This document shows positions 27,380 to 36,052 of a DNA stretch of 64,000 nucleotides, in pieces. The first letter of the stretch is position 1, and every line of letters begins with the position of its first letter. The notes beneath the pieces were generated by a model. The model was not told the DNA's origin, did not search any database, and saw only the letters and a program-made list of their open reading frames with translations. Source of the DNA: an uncultured Gammaproteobacteria bacterium. Its GTDB lineage: Bacteria > Patescibacteriota > Patescibacteriia > Magasanikbacterales > JBBTQS01. The stretch is from NCBI GenBank assembly GCA_964627525.1, contig CAZVIA010000001.1:72384-136383 (forward strand), in the 5' to 3' direction. The position numbers and the translations under genes were made by a program.

Positions 27380-27456
27380 CCCTCACTGGCTTTGCCAGCT
27401 CGGGTTGTCAACTGCGTCTTTAATTTTTGCCTAAAATAAGCTAAAATCATAACACA

Positions 27457-27485
27457 TTGACTACTTAGGTTTTTCAGTGTACAAT
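27457..27485 (+). promoter_or_regulatory. sigma70 promoter TTGACT-N17-TACAAT for tRNA-Thr/rpmG
   Basis: ttgact at 27457, a 17-nt spacer, tacaat at 27480, 13 nt before the tRNA. Confidence 0.6.
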
Positions 27486-27498
27486 ACCCTCGTAATCT

Positions 27499-27572
27499 GC
27501 CACCTTAGCTCAGCTGGTTAGAGCGACGGTTTTGTAAACCGTAGGTCCAGGGTTCGATTCCCTGAGGTGGCT
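27499..27572 (+). tRNA. tRNA-Thr (anticodon TGT)
   Basis: Acceptor gccacct/aggtggc, D arm gctc..gagc, anticodon stem acggt/accgt with loop ttTGTaa, T arm cagggttcgattccctg. Confidence 0.8.
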
Positions 27573-27596
27573 CTGAAAAAATTGAATAAAAATTTT

Positions 27597-27752
27597 ATGT
27601 CACAAGACGCATTAACAAAAATGGAGTGTACTGAATGCAAAAGAGTAATGATTTACACCCGTAAAAACAAGAAAAAAATCAAAGAAAGATTGGTGTTAAA
27701 AAAGCATTGTAAAAGTTGTAAAAAACACACCTCGCACAAAGAAACCAAATAA
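27597..27752 (+). CDS. rpmG: 50S ribosomal protein L33 (zinc-ribbon type)
   Basis: CTECKRVMIYTRKNKKK...KKHCKSCKKHTSHKETK. The listed GTG start at 27567 lies inside the tRNA, so ATG 27597 was chosen. Confidence 0.85.
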   Translation: MSQDALTKMECTECKRVMIYTRKNKKKIKERLVLKKHCKSCKKHTSHKETK

Positions 27753-27754
27753 TT

Positions 27755-28210
27755 ATGGTTGAAATTGTTCATGATCCTCTAGAAGCTAATGTTGCTCAAA
27801 AGCTTATTTTGCGTCAAGGAAATAAGCTTTTGCTTTTAAAGCACCAGCTAAGAGATGCTTGGGATTTTCCAGGAGGGCGTTTGAACAAAACAGTTACTAA
27901 AAATCCAACTCAAGCAGAGCTTTTAAAAGAATTTCATAGAGAGGTTTTAGAGGAAGTTGGCGAGGATGTTGAATACACTATTGAACCCAATCCGATTACA
28001 ACTGCTTTGTCTATAAAAAAAGATGGCAAGCGATATATCTTTTTGGTTTTTTACGAAGGGGAGTATAATAAAGGTGAGATAAAGTTGTGCGAAGAGCACA
28101 CTGAATATAAGTGGGTAGATGTAAATACTTATGAGCCAGAAAAAGACACTTGGATTCCAGAGTATTTAGAAGTTGTAAAAAATTATTTGGAAAAAGTTCG
28201 TTCAAAATAA
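27755..28210 (+). CDS. NUDIX hydrolase
   Basis: GGRLN...ELLKEFHREVLEEVGEDV matches the Nudix box GX5EX7REUXEEXGU. Confidence 0.8.
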   Translation: MVEIVHDPLEANVAQKLILRQGNKLLLLKHQLRDAWDFPGGRLNKTVTKNPTQAELLKEFHREVLEEVGEDVEYTIEPNPITTALSIKKDGKRYIFLVFYEGEYNKGEIKLCEEHTEYKWVDVNTYEPEKDTWIPEYLEVVKNYLEKVRSK

Positions 28211-28231
28211 AATAAAAATTTGTCCAAAATT

Positions 28232-28304
28232 GGGCCCATAGTTTCAATGGCTAAAATGTCGGTCTCCAAAACCGAAGTTCTTGGTTCGAGTCCAAGTGGG
28301 CCTG
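28232..28304 (+). tRNA. tRNA-Trp (anticodon CCA); genomic CCA follows the discriminator
   Basis: Acceptor gggccca/tgggcct, anticodon stem tcggt/accga with loop ctCCAaa, T arm cttgg ttcgagt ccaag. Confidence 0.8.
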
Positions 28305-28390
28305 CCAAAAAAACAAAGTCCTGTTGTACTTTGACGCGTTATGCGTCTAGTAACAACAGGACTTAGTCTGTTTTTGAGGGGGGTAGAATC

Positions 28391-30325
28391 TTATCTACCT
28401 CTGCCTCTGCTTCTACCTCTACCCCTACCCCTACCTCTTTTGCCATGTTTGGGCTTGGAAGGCTTGCGAACTGTTTTCGCAGGCTCGGTAGTTTTTACAG
28501 GTATGCCACCAACCACTTCTTCAGATTTATTTTCTTCAGAAGTCGGTTCAATAGAGTCTCGCAATATCACCAACTCAAGAATGTAAGTAGTTTTACCTGA
28601 TAGGAATCGAGTTGCTCGCATTTCTTCTAGGTTGTAGTCAACCCATTCTGCGATTTTTTGATGTTCGAGCATTACCGCGATTTTAACCATCAAATAGCGA
28701 AACAATGTTATGTGATCATTGCCAGCTTCTCCACGACCCTTTGCAATCCAGCGGCGCATGTACCAGCCTTGACGTTTTGACCGATTTGCTTTGAGCCAGC
28801 TATCATCACCTCTAACATTTGATTCAATCTGCGCAAAGTCATCTATGCTAGCAAGCCACCATTCTTCCAGCCAACTTGATAGCTCTTTTTTTGCATCTTC
28901 ACTTAGTATTGTTGCTGACATTGGTATTGCCCAATTTGCCAGCTGCACAAGCTGAATTTCATCTTCAGAAATATCTTTTAGTCTGTTAAACAAACTATTC
29001 ACAAATGCTGAATTTAGTGATGTCTTGTTAAAGCTGTGTCTTGTTGTGCCAGAGGGGTTTTTGGCTATAGTAGGCCACCCAGATTCAGGAATCATGTCAT
29101 ACAAACGCATCATCTTTCTAACTTGTGTGATGTAAGGATCCCAGGTTCTGCCAGCTTTTTCTACTTCTGTTTTCTCAACAGCAATTCCATTGAAATAATG
29201 CACACCAATTGCAAGCAAAAATTTCCAATTGCCATTATAATGAGCTTTAGGTAAGCTCACCGAACTACGAGTTGCCACAGGTTCACAATTATCTGAAGTA
29301 TTTAGCTTTGCAGAAAAATTTATTGTAGGACAACTAAGTTTTATTGCTACAGGATTTACTGCATAGAGATTAGTATCTGGTTCTGAGGTGATATTTGAAG
29401 CTAGTTTTTCGATTTCTTGGAGTTTGCCAACCTTACTTGTATATTGTGCATTGGCATGATCAGGTGTTGTGGCTAGTGTGGATTTTTCAAAAGCCGCAGC
29501 TTTTTCAGGTACTACTTCTTTGATAGATTCCCAAGTACATTCCCTTTCTCTTTTCTCTTGAAGCAGTGCTACGAGTTCTTCTGATTTCACACCCTTGAAC
29601 GGATTGCTCATGTCTTCATCAGTAGCTTCTGTTGAAACCGCATCAGAAGTGTCAGTAGGAGGTTCATCAACTTGATTTTCGCTTCTAACAATCGCAGAAA
29701 TATAAATCGTCACAAGAGCACCAATAATCAAACCGACAGCAAGACCAGAATACAAGCGTAGTTTGCGCTTATTTTCTTGCAGTGCTATTAAGTGTTTTGT
29801 ATATTCATCACGCTCATCTTTTGGTAGATCTTGGAAAGGAATTATTTTTCGTTCAAGAAGTGCATCATAAGCTGCTCTTGTTATTGATACACGATGACCA
29901 CCATCGCATTCTTGGAGGTGGGACAAAGTGCATATGCTATGTATAAATACACCTTTTTCATCTTCTTCTTTGTCAGAACCAATAAGTGCATTCCAACAAG
30001 AGACAAAAAATCCAATTACAGAATCCAAGATTCTAGGCAGAGTTCTTCCACTCCATTTCCAGATACTCACAAGAATATATAGAATAAAGTTAAGAGCTTT
30101 TCTTACTACGGATGGTTTGTGTAGTCTACCACTAAGAGATTCTATTTCTTCAGTAGCTTCACCTTCATCCTCATCTTTGCTCTTACCTTCACCTTCTTGA
30201 ATTATAAGCTGTGTTTTTTCTGGATCAGATTCACCAGGAATCCTAATCTTAACTTCTTTGGGTTCCATATCTTGAGGTACTCCAGATTTGTCTGTATCAG
30301 TAGGCGGTTTTTTTACATCACTCAT
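28391..30325 (-). CDS. large hypothetical membrane protein with acidic N-terminus, two TM helices and a C-terminal RG-repeat tail
   Basis: The tail is ...KPKHGKRGRGRGRGRSRGRGR*. GC is somewhat above background. No recognisable catalytic motif. Confidence 0.5.
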   Translation of the reverse strand: MSDVKKPPTDTDKSGVPQDMEPKEVKIRIPGESDPEKTQLIIQEGEGKSKDEDEGEATEEIESLSGRLHKPSVVRKALNFILYILVSIWKWSGRTLPRILDSVIGFFVSCWNALIGSDKEEDEKGVFIHSICTLSHLQECDGGHRVSITRAAYDALLERKIIPFQDLPKDERDEYTKHLIALQENKRKLRLYSGLAVGLIIGALVTIYISAIVRSENQVDEPPTDTSDAVSTEATDEDMSNPFKGVKSEELVALLQEKRERECTWESIKEVVPEKAAAFEKSTLATTPDHANAQYTSKVGKLQEIEKLASNITSEPDTNLYAVNPVAIKLSCPTINFSAKLNTSDNCEPVATRSSVSLPKAHYNGNWKFLLAIGVHYFNGIAVEKTEVEKAGRTWDPYITQVRKMMRLYDMIPESGWPTIAKNPSGTTRHSFNKTSLNSAFVNSLFNRLKDISEDEIQLVQLANWAIPMSATILSEDAKKELSSWLEEWWLASIDDFAQIESNVRGDDSWLKANRSKRQGWYMRRWIAKGRGEAGNDHITLFRYLMVKIAVMLEHQKIAEWVDYNLEEMRATRFLSGKTTYILELVILRDSIEPTSEENKSEEVVGGIPVKTTEPAKTVRKPSKPKHGKRGRGRGRGRSRGRGR

Positions 30326-30375
30326 TGGGCACCTCCTCTAGGTTGCACAGGTTTTGTGTTCAGTTGTAACTAACG

Positions 30376-30408
30376 CTCTAATTTTGCTTAAAATAAGCGA
30401 AATTAGAG
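30376..30408. promoter_or_regulatory. 33-bp near-perfect palindrome (candidate operator) in the divergent intergenic region
   Basis: ctctaattt tgcttaaaataagcg aaattagag: perfect 9-bp arms with a near-palindromic spacer. Shares TTTTGCYTAAAATAAGC.AAA with 27424-27447. Confidence 0.4.
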
Positions 30409-30525
30409 AAGATAGCACCTTATCAAAAATCACCAAGTTTGTCAAGTCTAATGTGCTATTTCAATGGGTTTATTAGCTTTTAATTTACTTGACTTTTTGT
30501 TATAATATGCATACAATCAATACCT

Positions 30526-32280
30526 ATGATAAAAAAAACTTGGGAAAATATAAAGAAATATAAAAAAACAAGCATTGTTGGGTTAATAGTTTTAATATTA
30601 ATTTTAATGTCAGTGTTTAGTGGTGGAGAAGAAATAGTGCGCGAAACAATTTATGTTGAAAATAATTACATAATTCAAGAGGTGAGTGTAACTGGAAATG
30701 TAAAAGCAGCCGATGAAGTTAGTTTAGGTTTTGAACAATCTGGAAAAGTTGGCAAAGTAAATGTAGAAGTTGGGCAAGTTGTAAAGGAGCGAGATATTTT
30801 AGCTACTTTAGTTGGTACTGGCTCTTATGCAAGTTTGCAACAAGCTCAAGCAAGTGCTCAAAGTTCTCAAGCTTTGGTTGATCAGTATAAGCAGGCGTTA
30901 ACAAAGCAAGAAACTGATTTAAAGGAATTAAAATCTGGTCCAAGAATTGAATCAATAGTTGTTGCTCAAACAACAGTTTCAAATGCTGAAAAATCTGCAA
31001 AACAAGCACAAGATAATTATGATGCAATTTTGGCAAAAGCTGATGATGATTTAGTGCAAGTTTATGATGATATAGATGATGTTTTACATACAGCTTATGC
31101 AAAAGTTAATGACGCAGTGCGTCGTTTGACAGATCCTTTGTTTACTAAAGATACATCTGTAAATCCACAACTTACTTTTACTACTTCAAATTCAAGTGCA
31201 AAAAGTCTTGCTCAACAAATGAGACATAAGGCAGAGATAGCTTTGGTTGAATTAGCAACAATTACTTCTAATATTCCAACTGATGAACTTGGAAAAATAA
31301 ATGCACTTACAAGTGCACAAGTAGCATTAAACACAACACGTGATTTTTTTAATGCTTTAACAACTGTAATGAATAGTGCGTCTGGTTTTGATGCAGCAAC
31401 TTTAGCAACTTATCAAAATAATGTTAGTACTGGAATGAATACAACTGTTACTCAAACAACAGCCATATTAGCTCAAATACAATTAGTGAGCACTCAAAAA
31501 AATACAAATCAAAATAGCATTACAACTGCGCAAGTAAGTTTAACAACAGCTGGAAATACTTTATCTGCTGCTCAAGAAAATTTGAATTTGGTTTTAGCTG
31601 GAGCAACTGCTGGTGAGATTCAAGCTCAAGAAGCTTTAGTTGAGCAAGCTCGTGCAAATTTTAGATCTCAACAAGCTTTGCTTTCAAGTGCATGGGCTTC
31701 AATTACTCAAGCGCAGGCAGTTTATAATCAAACAATAATTCGTGCGCCGTTTACTGGAATAATTACAAAACAAGATTTGCAAGTTGGGGAGATTGTATCA
31801 GCACAAACAGAACAAATTTCAATGATTTCAGATGTTGAATTTGAAATTGAGGCATTTGTTCCAGAAGTTGATATCGCAAAAATTTCTGTAGATGATGAAG
31901 CTCTGGTGACTTTAGATGCTTATGGTGTTGATCAGGAATTTATTGCAAAAGTTGTATCAGTAGATCCTGCAGAAACTGTTATTGAGGGTTTGTCTACTTA
32001 TCGTGTGCGTTTGCGTTTTGCAGAACAAGATGAACGAATTAAATCTGGTATGACTGCGAATGTAGATATTTCAACTGATAGACGTGATGATGTTTTGGCA
32101 GTACCACAGCGTGCATTAGTTCGTAAGGATGGTAAAAGATTTATTAGGGTTGTTGATGGTGCAAAAACACATAAGGAAGTTGAGATTGAAACTGGTTTGC
32201 GCGGTTCAGATGGTTTGATAGAAATTATAAGTGGTTTAATTGAAGGTGATGAGATTGTAACTTATATAGAAGAAAAATAA
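30526..32280 (+). CDS. efflux-pump periplasmic adaptor (HlyD/MacA-type membrane fusion protein)
   Basis: N-terminal TM, long Q/A-rich coiled coil, IIRAPFTGIITK...VGEIV lipoyl/beta-barrel motifs. First gene of an adaptor-ATPase-permease operon. Confidence 0.75.
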   Translation: MIKKTWENIKKYKKTSIVGLIVLILILMSVFSGGEEIVRETIYVENNYIIQEVSVTGNVKAADEVSLGFEQSGKVGKVNVEVGQVVKERDILATLVGTGSYASLQQAQASAQSSQALVDQYKQALTKQETDLKELKSGPRIESIVVAQTTVSNAEKSAKQAQDNYDAILAKADDDLVQVYDDIDDVLHTAYAKVNDAVRRLTDPLFTKDTSVNPQLTFTTSNSSAKSLAQQMRHKAEIALVELATITSNIPTDELGKINALTSAQVALNTTRDFFNALTTVMNSASGFDAATLATYQNNVSTGMNTTVTQTTAILAQIQLVSTQKNTNQNSITTAQVSLTTAGNTLSAAQENLNLVLAGATAGEIQAQEALVEQARANFRSQQALLSSAWASITQAQAVYNQTIIRAPFTGIITKQDLQVGEIVSAQTEQISMISDVEFEIEAFVPEVDIAKISVDDEALVTLDAYGVDQEFIAKVVSVDPAETVIEGLSTYRVRLRFAEQDERIKSGMTANVDISTDRRDDVLAVPQRALVRKDGKRFIRVVDGAKTHKEVEIETGLRGSDGLIEIISGLIEGDEIVTYIEEK

Positions 32281-32289
32281 ATAATAATT

Positions 32290-33027
32290 TTGAAAATTAT
32301 TATGGCTTTGTTTAAAGCTCAAGGTTTGGAAAAAACTTATTATACAGAAGATGGAGAAATTGCAGCGCGTGCATTAGCTGGTGCAGATTTTGAGATTAAG
32401 AAAGGTGAGTTTGTTGCGATCATGGGGCCGTCTGGTTCTGGAAAATCTACTTTATTGCAGATTGTTGGTTTTTTAGATGATCAAACAAAAGGGGATTATC
32501 TTTTTGAAGGTAGAAAAGCTGCGAAGTACAATGAAGAAGAAAAAGCTCATATTCGTAATAAGAAAATGGGTTTTGTTTTTCAGGCTTTTAATTTGTTGGC
32601 GCGTACAACTGTTTTGGAAAATGTTAAATTACCTTTGGTTTATTCTGATATACCAGAATCAAAATGGGATGAGCAAGCAAAAAAAGCAATTGAATCTGTT
32701 GGTTTGAGTCATCGTTTAGATCATGAGCCTTCACAGCTTTCTGGTGGTGAAAAACAGCGTGTAGCAATTGCTCGTGCTTTGGTAAATGATCCTGAAGTAA
32801 TTTTTGCTGATGAACCAACTGGAAATTTGGATTCAAAATCTGGGAAACTGGTAATGGAGGCTATTGAAGATTTGCATAGTAAGGGTGGTCGCACAATTGT
32901 TTTGATCACTCATGAAACTAGTACTGCACAGCACGCTGAAAGAATTTTAAAAATGAAAGACGGTGTAATTATTTCAGATACAAAAGTAAAAGGGCAGTTA
33001 CATGCGCACGATTCCTATGAAAAATAG
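32290..33027 (+). CDS. ABC transporter ATP-binding protein (MacB/LolD-type)
   Basis: Walker [10 protein letters not shown], signature [15 protein letters not shown], Walker [12 protein letters not shown]. Confidence 0.9.
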   Translation: MKIIMALFKAQGLEKTYYTEDGEIAARALAGADFEIKKGEFVAIMGPSGSGKSTLLQIVGFLDDQTKGDYLFEGRKAAKYNEEEKAHIRNKKMGFVFQAFNLLARTTVLENVKLPLVYSDIPESKWDEQAKKAIESVGLSHRLDHEPSQLSGGEKQRVAIARALVNDPEVIFADEPTGNLDSKSGKLVMEAIEDLHSKGGRTIVLITHETSTAQHAERILKMKDGVIISDTKVKGQLHAHDSYEK

Positions 33028-34270
33028 TTTTGTAAAATTTTTTTCACAATTAAAAACTTCTGTGACTGCTTTACGCACAAACAAGTCGCGTTCTTTGTTA
33101 ACTATTTTGGGAATTGTGATTGGAATTGCAGCAATTATAATTGTGATGGCTGTTGGTCGTGGTGCGGAAAATTTAATTTTAAATGAGATTAGTGCTTTTG
33201 GTTCACATAATATTTCTGTTGAGCCAGGAAGGCGTCCAAGTGGACCTTCTGATTTTGCTGAAATTTATACAGACTCTTTAACTAAAAAAGATGTTACAGC
33301 TTTGAGAAGGGCTGAAAATGTTAGAGGGGTTGAAGAAGTAGTTCCTGCTGTAATTTTGCCAGCTACAATTTCTTATGAAAATGAAACTTATCGCGGGACA
33401 ATTTTTGGGAGTACGGATTTTTATTTAGAAAGTTTTAAAGTTCCAGTTGGTGTTGGAAGAGTTTTTTCTGATGAAGAAGCTAGGCAAAGAGCAAATGTTG
33501 TGGTGTTGGGTTATGAAATTTACGAAGAATTATTTGGAACATCTGAAGCTGTTGGGCAAAAAGTAAAAATTAAAAACCGTACTTTTAGAGTTGTGGGAAT
33601 TTTGGAAAAAGTTGGTACTGTTGCGTTTTTTAATTTTGATAAAATTGCTTTAGTCCCTTATACAGTTGCACAACAGCAACTTTTGGGGATTGATTATTTT
33701 CATAATATTATTGTAAAAGTTTCTGAAGATGTTTCTGTACCAAGAGCTGTGCGTGAAATTGAAGCTACTTTGAGAGAAACTCATAATATTGATGATCCAG
33801 AAAAAGATGATTTTCATGTTGAGACACAAGAAAGTGCTGTTGAGATTATTAGTGTGGTTACTGATTCTTTGTCTGCGTTGTTAATTGCGATTGCATCTAT
33901 TTCTTTGGTTGTTGGTGGAATTGGAATTATGAATATAATGTTGGTTTCTGTGACGGAGCGTACTCGAGAAATTGGTTTGCGCAAAGCTTTGGGTGCAACA
34001 AGAAATAATATTTTAAATCAATTTTTAATGGAAGCTGTTTTACTAACAATTATTGGTGGAGTGATTGGTATACTTTTTGGGGCGTTTATGTCGTGGTTGA
34101 TAGCTATTATTATGCAACAGTTTGTTGCTCAAGGTTGGGTGTTTACATTTCCAATTTCAGCAGCTGTGATTGGTTTGGTTGTGGCAGCTGTGATTGGTTT
34201 GGTGTTTGGTTTTTATCCTGCAAAAAGTGCTGCAAGTAAAAGCCCGATGGAGGCTTTGCGTTACGAATAA
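33002..34270 (+). CDS. ABC transporter permease, FtsX/MacB family
   Basis: N-terminal TM, large periplasmic domain, C-terminal FtsX-like 3-TM bundle. Confidence 0.8.
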   Translation: MRTIPMKNSFVKFFSQLKTSVTALRTNKSRSLLTILGIVIGIAAIIIVMAVGRGAENLILNEISAFGSHNISVEPGRRPSGPSDFAEIYTDSLTKKDVTALRRAENVRGVEEVVPAVILPATISYENETYRGTIFGSTDFYLESFKVPVGVGRVFSDEEARQRANVVVLGYEIYEELFGTSEAVGQKVKIKNRTFRVVGILEKVGTVAFFNFDKIALVPYTVAQQQLLGIDYFHNIIVKVSEDVSVPRAVREIEATLRETHNIDDPEKDDFHVETQESAVEIISVVTDSLSALLIAIASISLVVGGIGIMNIMLVSVTERTREIGLRKALGATRNNILNQFLMEAVLLTIIGGVIGILFGAFMSWLIAIIMQQFVAQGWVFTFPISAAVIGLVVAAVIGLVFGFYPAKSAASKSPMEALRYE

Positions 34271-34295
34271 AAATTTGGGATTTTTTTTAAAAACT

Positions 34296-34332
34296 TTTTT
34301 ATAGACCCGGCCGCGCAAGCGGCTGGGTCTTA
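34296..34332 (+). terminator. intrinsic terminator
   Basis: gacccggccgc gcaa gcggctgggtc, then a T-run. Confidence 0.6.
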
Positions 34333-34374
34333 AATTTATGGTATAATTATTCTGGTGAAGAATAATTTTTTAGT

Positions 34375-34995
34375 ATGCAAAAAAAACCCGGAACCAAACA
34401 AAAAGAAAAGAAAAGTTTCCTGAAAATGGAAATAAATATTGGTGGAACTAGCTTGGCAGAAAAAGCAGTTTTTGCAAAACATTTGTCTGTGATGTTGAAA
34501 TCTGGCTTAACAATTGCAGAAGCTTTAAATATTTCTCAAGATTCAGCACAAGGAAAAATGAAAAAAGTTTTGCAAAGTGTTTTAACTTCTGTTGAGTCTG
34601 GTCAGCCTTTGTCTGTTGCGTTTGGTCGGCATCCAAAAGTTTTTACAGGAATATTTATTAGTGCAACACAAGCTGGTGAAACTTCTGGAACTCTTTCCGA
34701 AAATTTAGAACACTTAGCAGAACAACTTGAAAAAGATAAAGAGCTTGTTGCAAAAGTTAAAGGTGCTGGGTGTGGAGTTTGTGGGGATACTGGTTTTACA
34801 GGTCGTATTGGTGTGTTTGAGGTTTTGGAAATGACAGATGGTGTTAAAGAATTGATTTTGAAAAATGCTTCAAGTGATGAAATTTCTGCTGCTGCAAAAG
34901 CAGAAGGTATGACAACAATGATGGAAGATGGTATTAATAAGGTTTTGAGTGGGGCAACAACTCTTGGTGAGGTATTAAGAGTTACTAGGGAATAA
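34375..34995 (+). pseudogene. chimeric remnant: type II/IV secretion platform protein (PilC/GspF T2SSF domain) fused to a PilB/GspE ATPase C-terminal fragment
   Basis: Residues about 25-120 (AVFAKHLSVMLKSGLTIAEALNI...GQPLSVAF..FISATQAGETSGTLSENLEHLAEQLE) look like one T2SSF repeat. Residues about 130-206 (GCGVCGDTGFTGRIGVFEVLEMTDGVKELI...DGINKVLSGATTLGEVLRVT) look like the zinc-binding C-terminus of a PilB-type ATPase. Neither parent is full length. Confidence 0.5.
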
Positions 34996-35168
34996 AGCAA
35001 AAGAAACAGAATAAAAAGTAAAATTTGTGGGAAATAGGGGGTTTTTGGTGACCGCTTGCTTTGTTATTGCTTTATAATGTAAAATATAGTTTCCAGTGAG
35101 TTTTAAAAAAGTTTTAAAAAAGGGGTTTAATAAAAGGATTAATAATTTAATATTTAATACAAAAATTT

Positions 35169-35909
35169 ATGGAACATTCACATGAGCCAAGAGGCGGTAC
35201 AAATGTAGATAAAAAAAGTGCTGCTTTTGGATTTGTTGGGGGGATTTTAGTTTTATGTACAATTGGTTTTTTTATTTTGTTGGGAGTTGTTTTAAACAAA
35301 GATGGTGCAGATGTGGTTGAAGCACAAGATCCAACACCTACTGTTATAGAGCCTAGTAATCCACAACCAACAAATGTAAAGATTACTTTAACAGACAGTG
35401 ATCATGTTTTTGGAAATGAAGATGCTAAAATAACAATTGTTGAGTATTCTGATTTTGATTGTCCTTATTGTTCAAAACATCATCCAACAGTTGAACAAGT
35501 TGTAAATGATAATGCAGGAAAAGTAAATTGGGTTTATAGACATTTTCCTTTGAGATCATTACATCCTTTGGCAGCAAGAAAAGCTGAAGCATCTGAATGT
35601 GTTGCTCAAGTGGCTGGTAATGATGCTTTTTGGAAGTTTACAGATGACGTGTTTAAAGGTGTGGCATCAGAAACAGATGATAACTTGGCAAGTATTGCAC
35701 AAACAGCTGGTGCAGATAAAACAAAATTTTCAGAGTGTCTAACAAATGGTGGTGGAAAAGCAGCTGTTGAGGAAGATGAAAAATCTGGTTTAGCTGCAGG
35801 TGTACAAGGTACTCCTCATTCTGTGATTATTGGACCAGATGGAGAGGGAATTCCTTTGTCTGGAGCTTTGCCAGCAGTACAACTTCAAGCTGTGATTGAT
35901 AGTTTGTAG
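35169..35909 (+). CDS. DsbA/BdbD-family thiol-disulfide oxidoreductase, membrane anchored
   Basis: N-terminal TM; FDCPYCSKHHP with a CxxC active site. Confidence 0.8.
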   Translation: MEHSHEPRGGTNVDKKSAAFGFVGGILVLCTIGFFILLGVVLNKDGADVVEAQDPTPTVIEPSNPQPTNVKITLTDSDHVFGNEDAKITIVEYSDFDCPYCSKHHPTVEQVVNDNAGKVNWVYRHFPLRSLHPLAARKAEASECVAQVAGNDAFWKFTDDVFKGVASETDDNLASIAQTAGADKTKFSECLTNGGGKAAVEEDEKSGLAAGVQGTPHSVIIGPDGEGIPLSGALPAVQLQAVIDSL

Positions 35910-35994
35910 ATTAGGGTTTAAGGTTTGGTGGTAAAAATTTTTTATAAAGAAAAATTTTAATAGGTCGGTTGTTCGAGCGGTCGGCCTATTACAC

Positions 35995-36028
35995 AAAAAA
36001 AAAGAGTGCACTTCGCACTCTTTTTTGT
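35995..36028 (+). terminator. intrinsic terminator
   Basis: A-run, agagtgc acttc gcactct hairpin, T6. Confidence 0.6.
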
Positions 36029-36052
36029 TATAATTTATAAGAACAAAAAACT

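Noticed and set aside
27567-27596. Upstream GTG start for rpmG given in the ORF track
   Set aside because: It lies inside the tRNA-Thr(TGT) acceptor stem. The ATG at 27597 gives an L33 of normal length.
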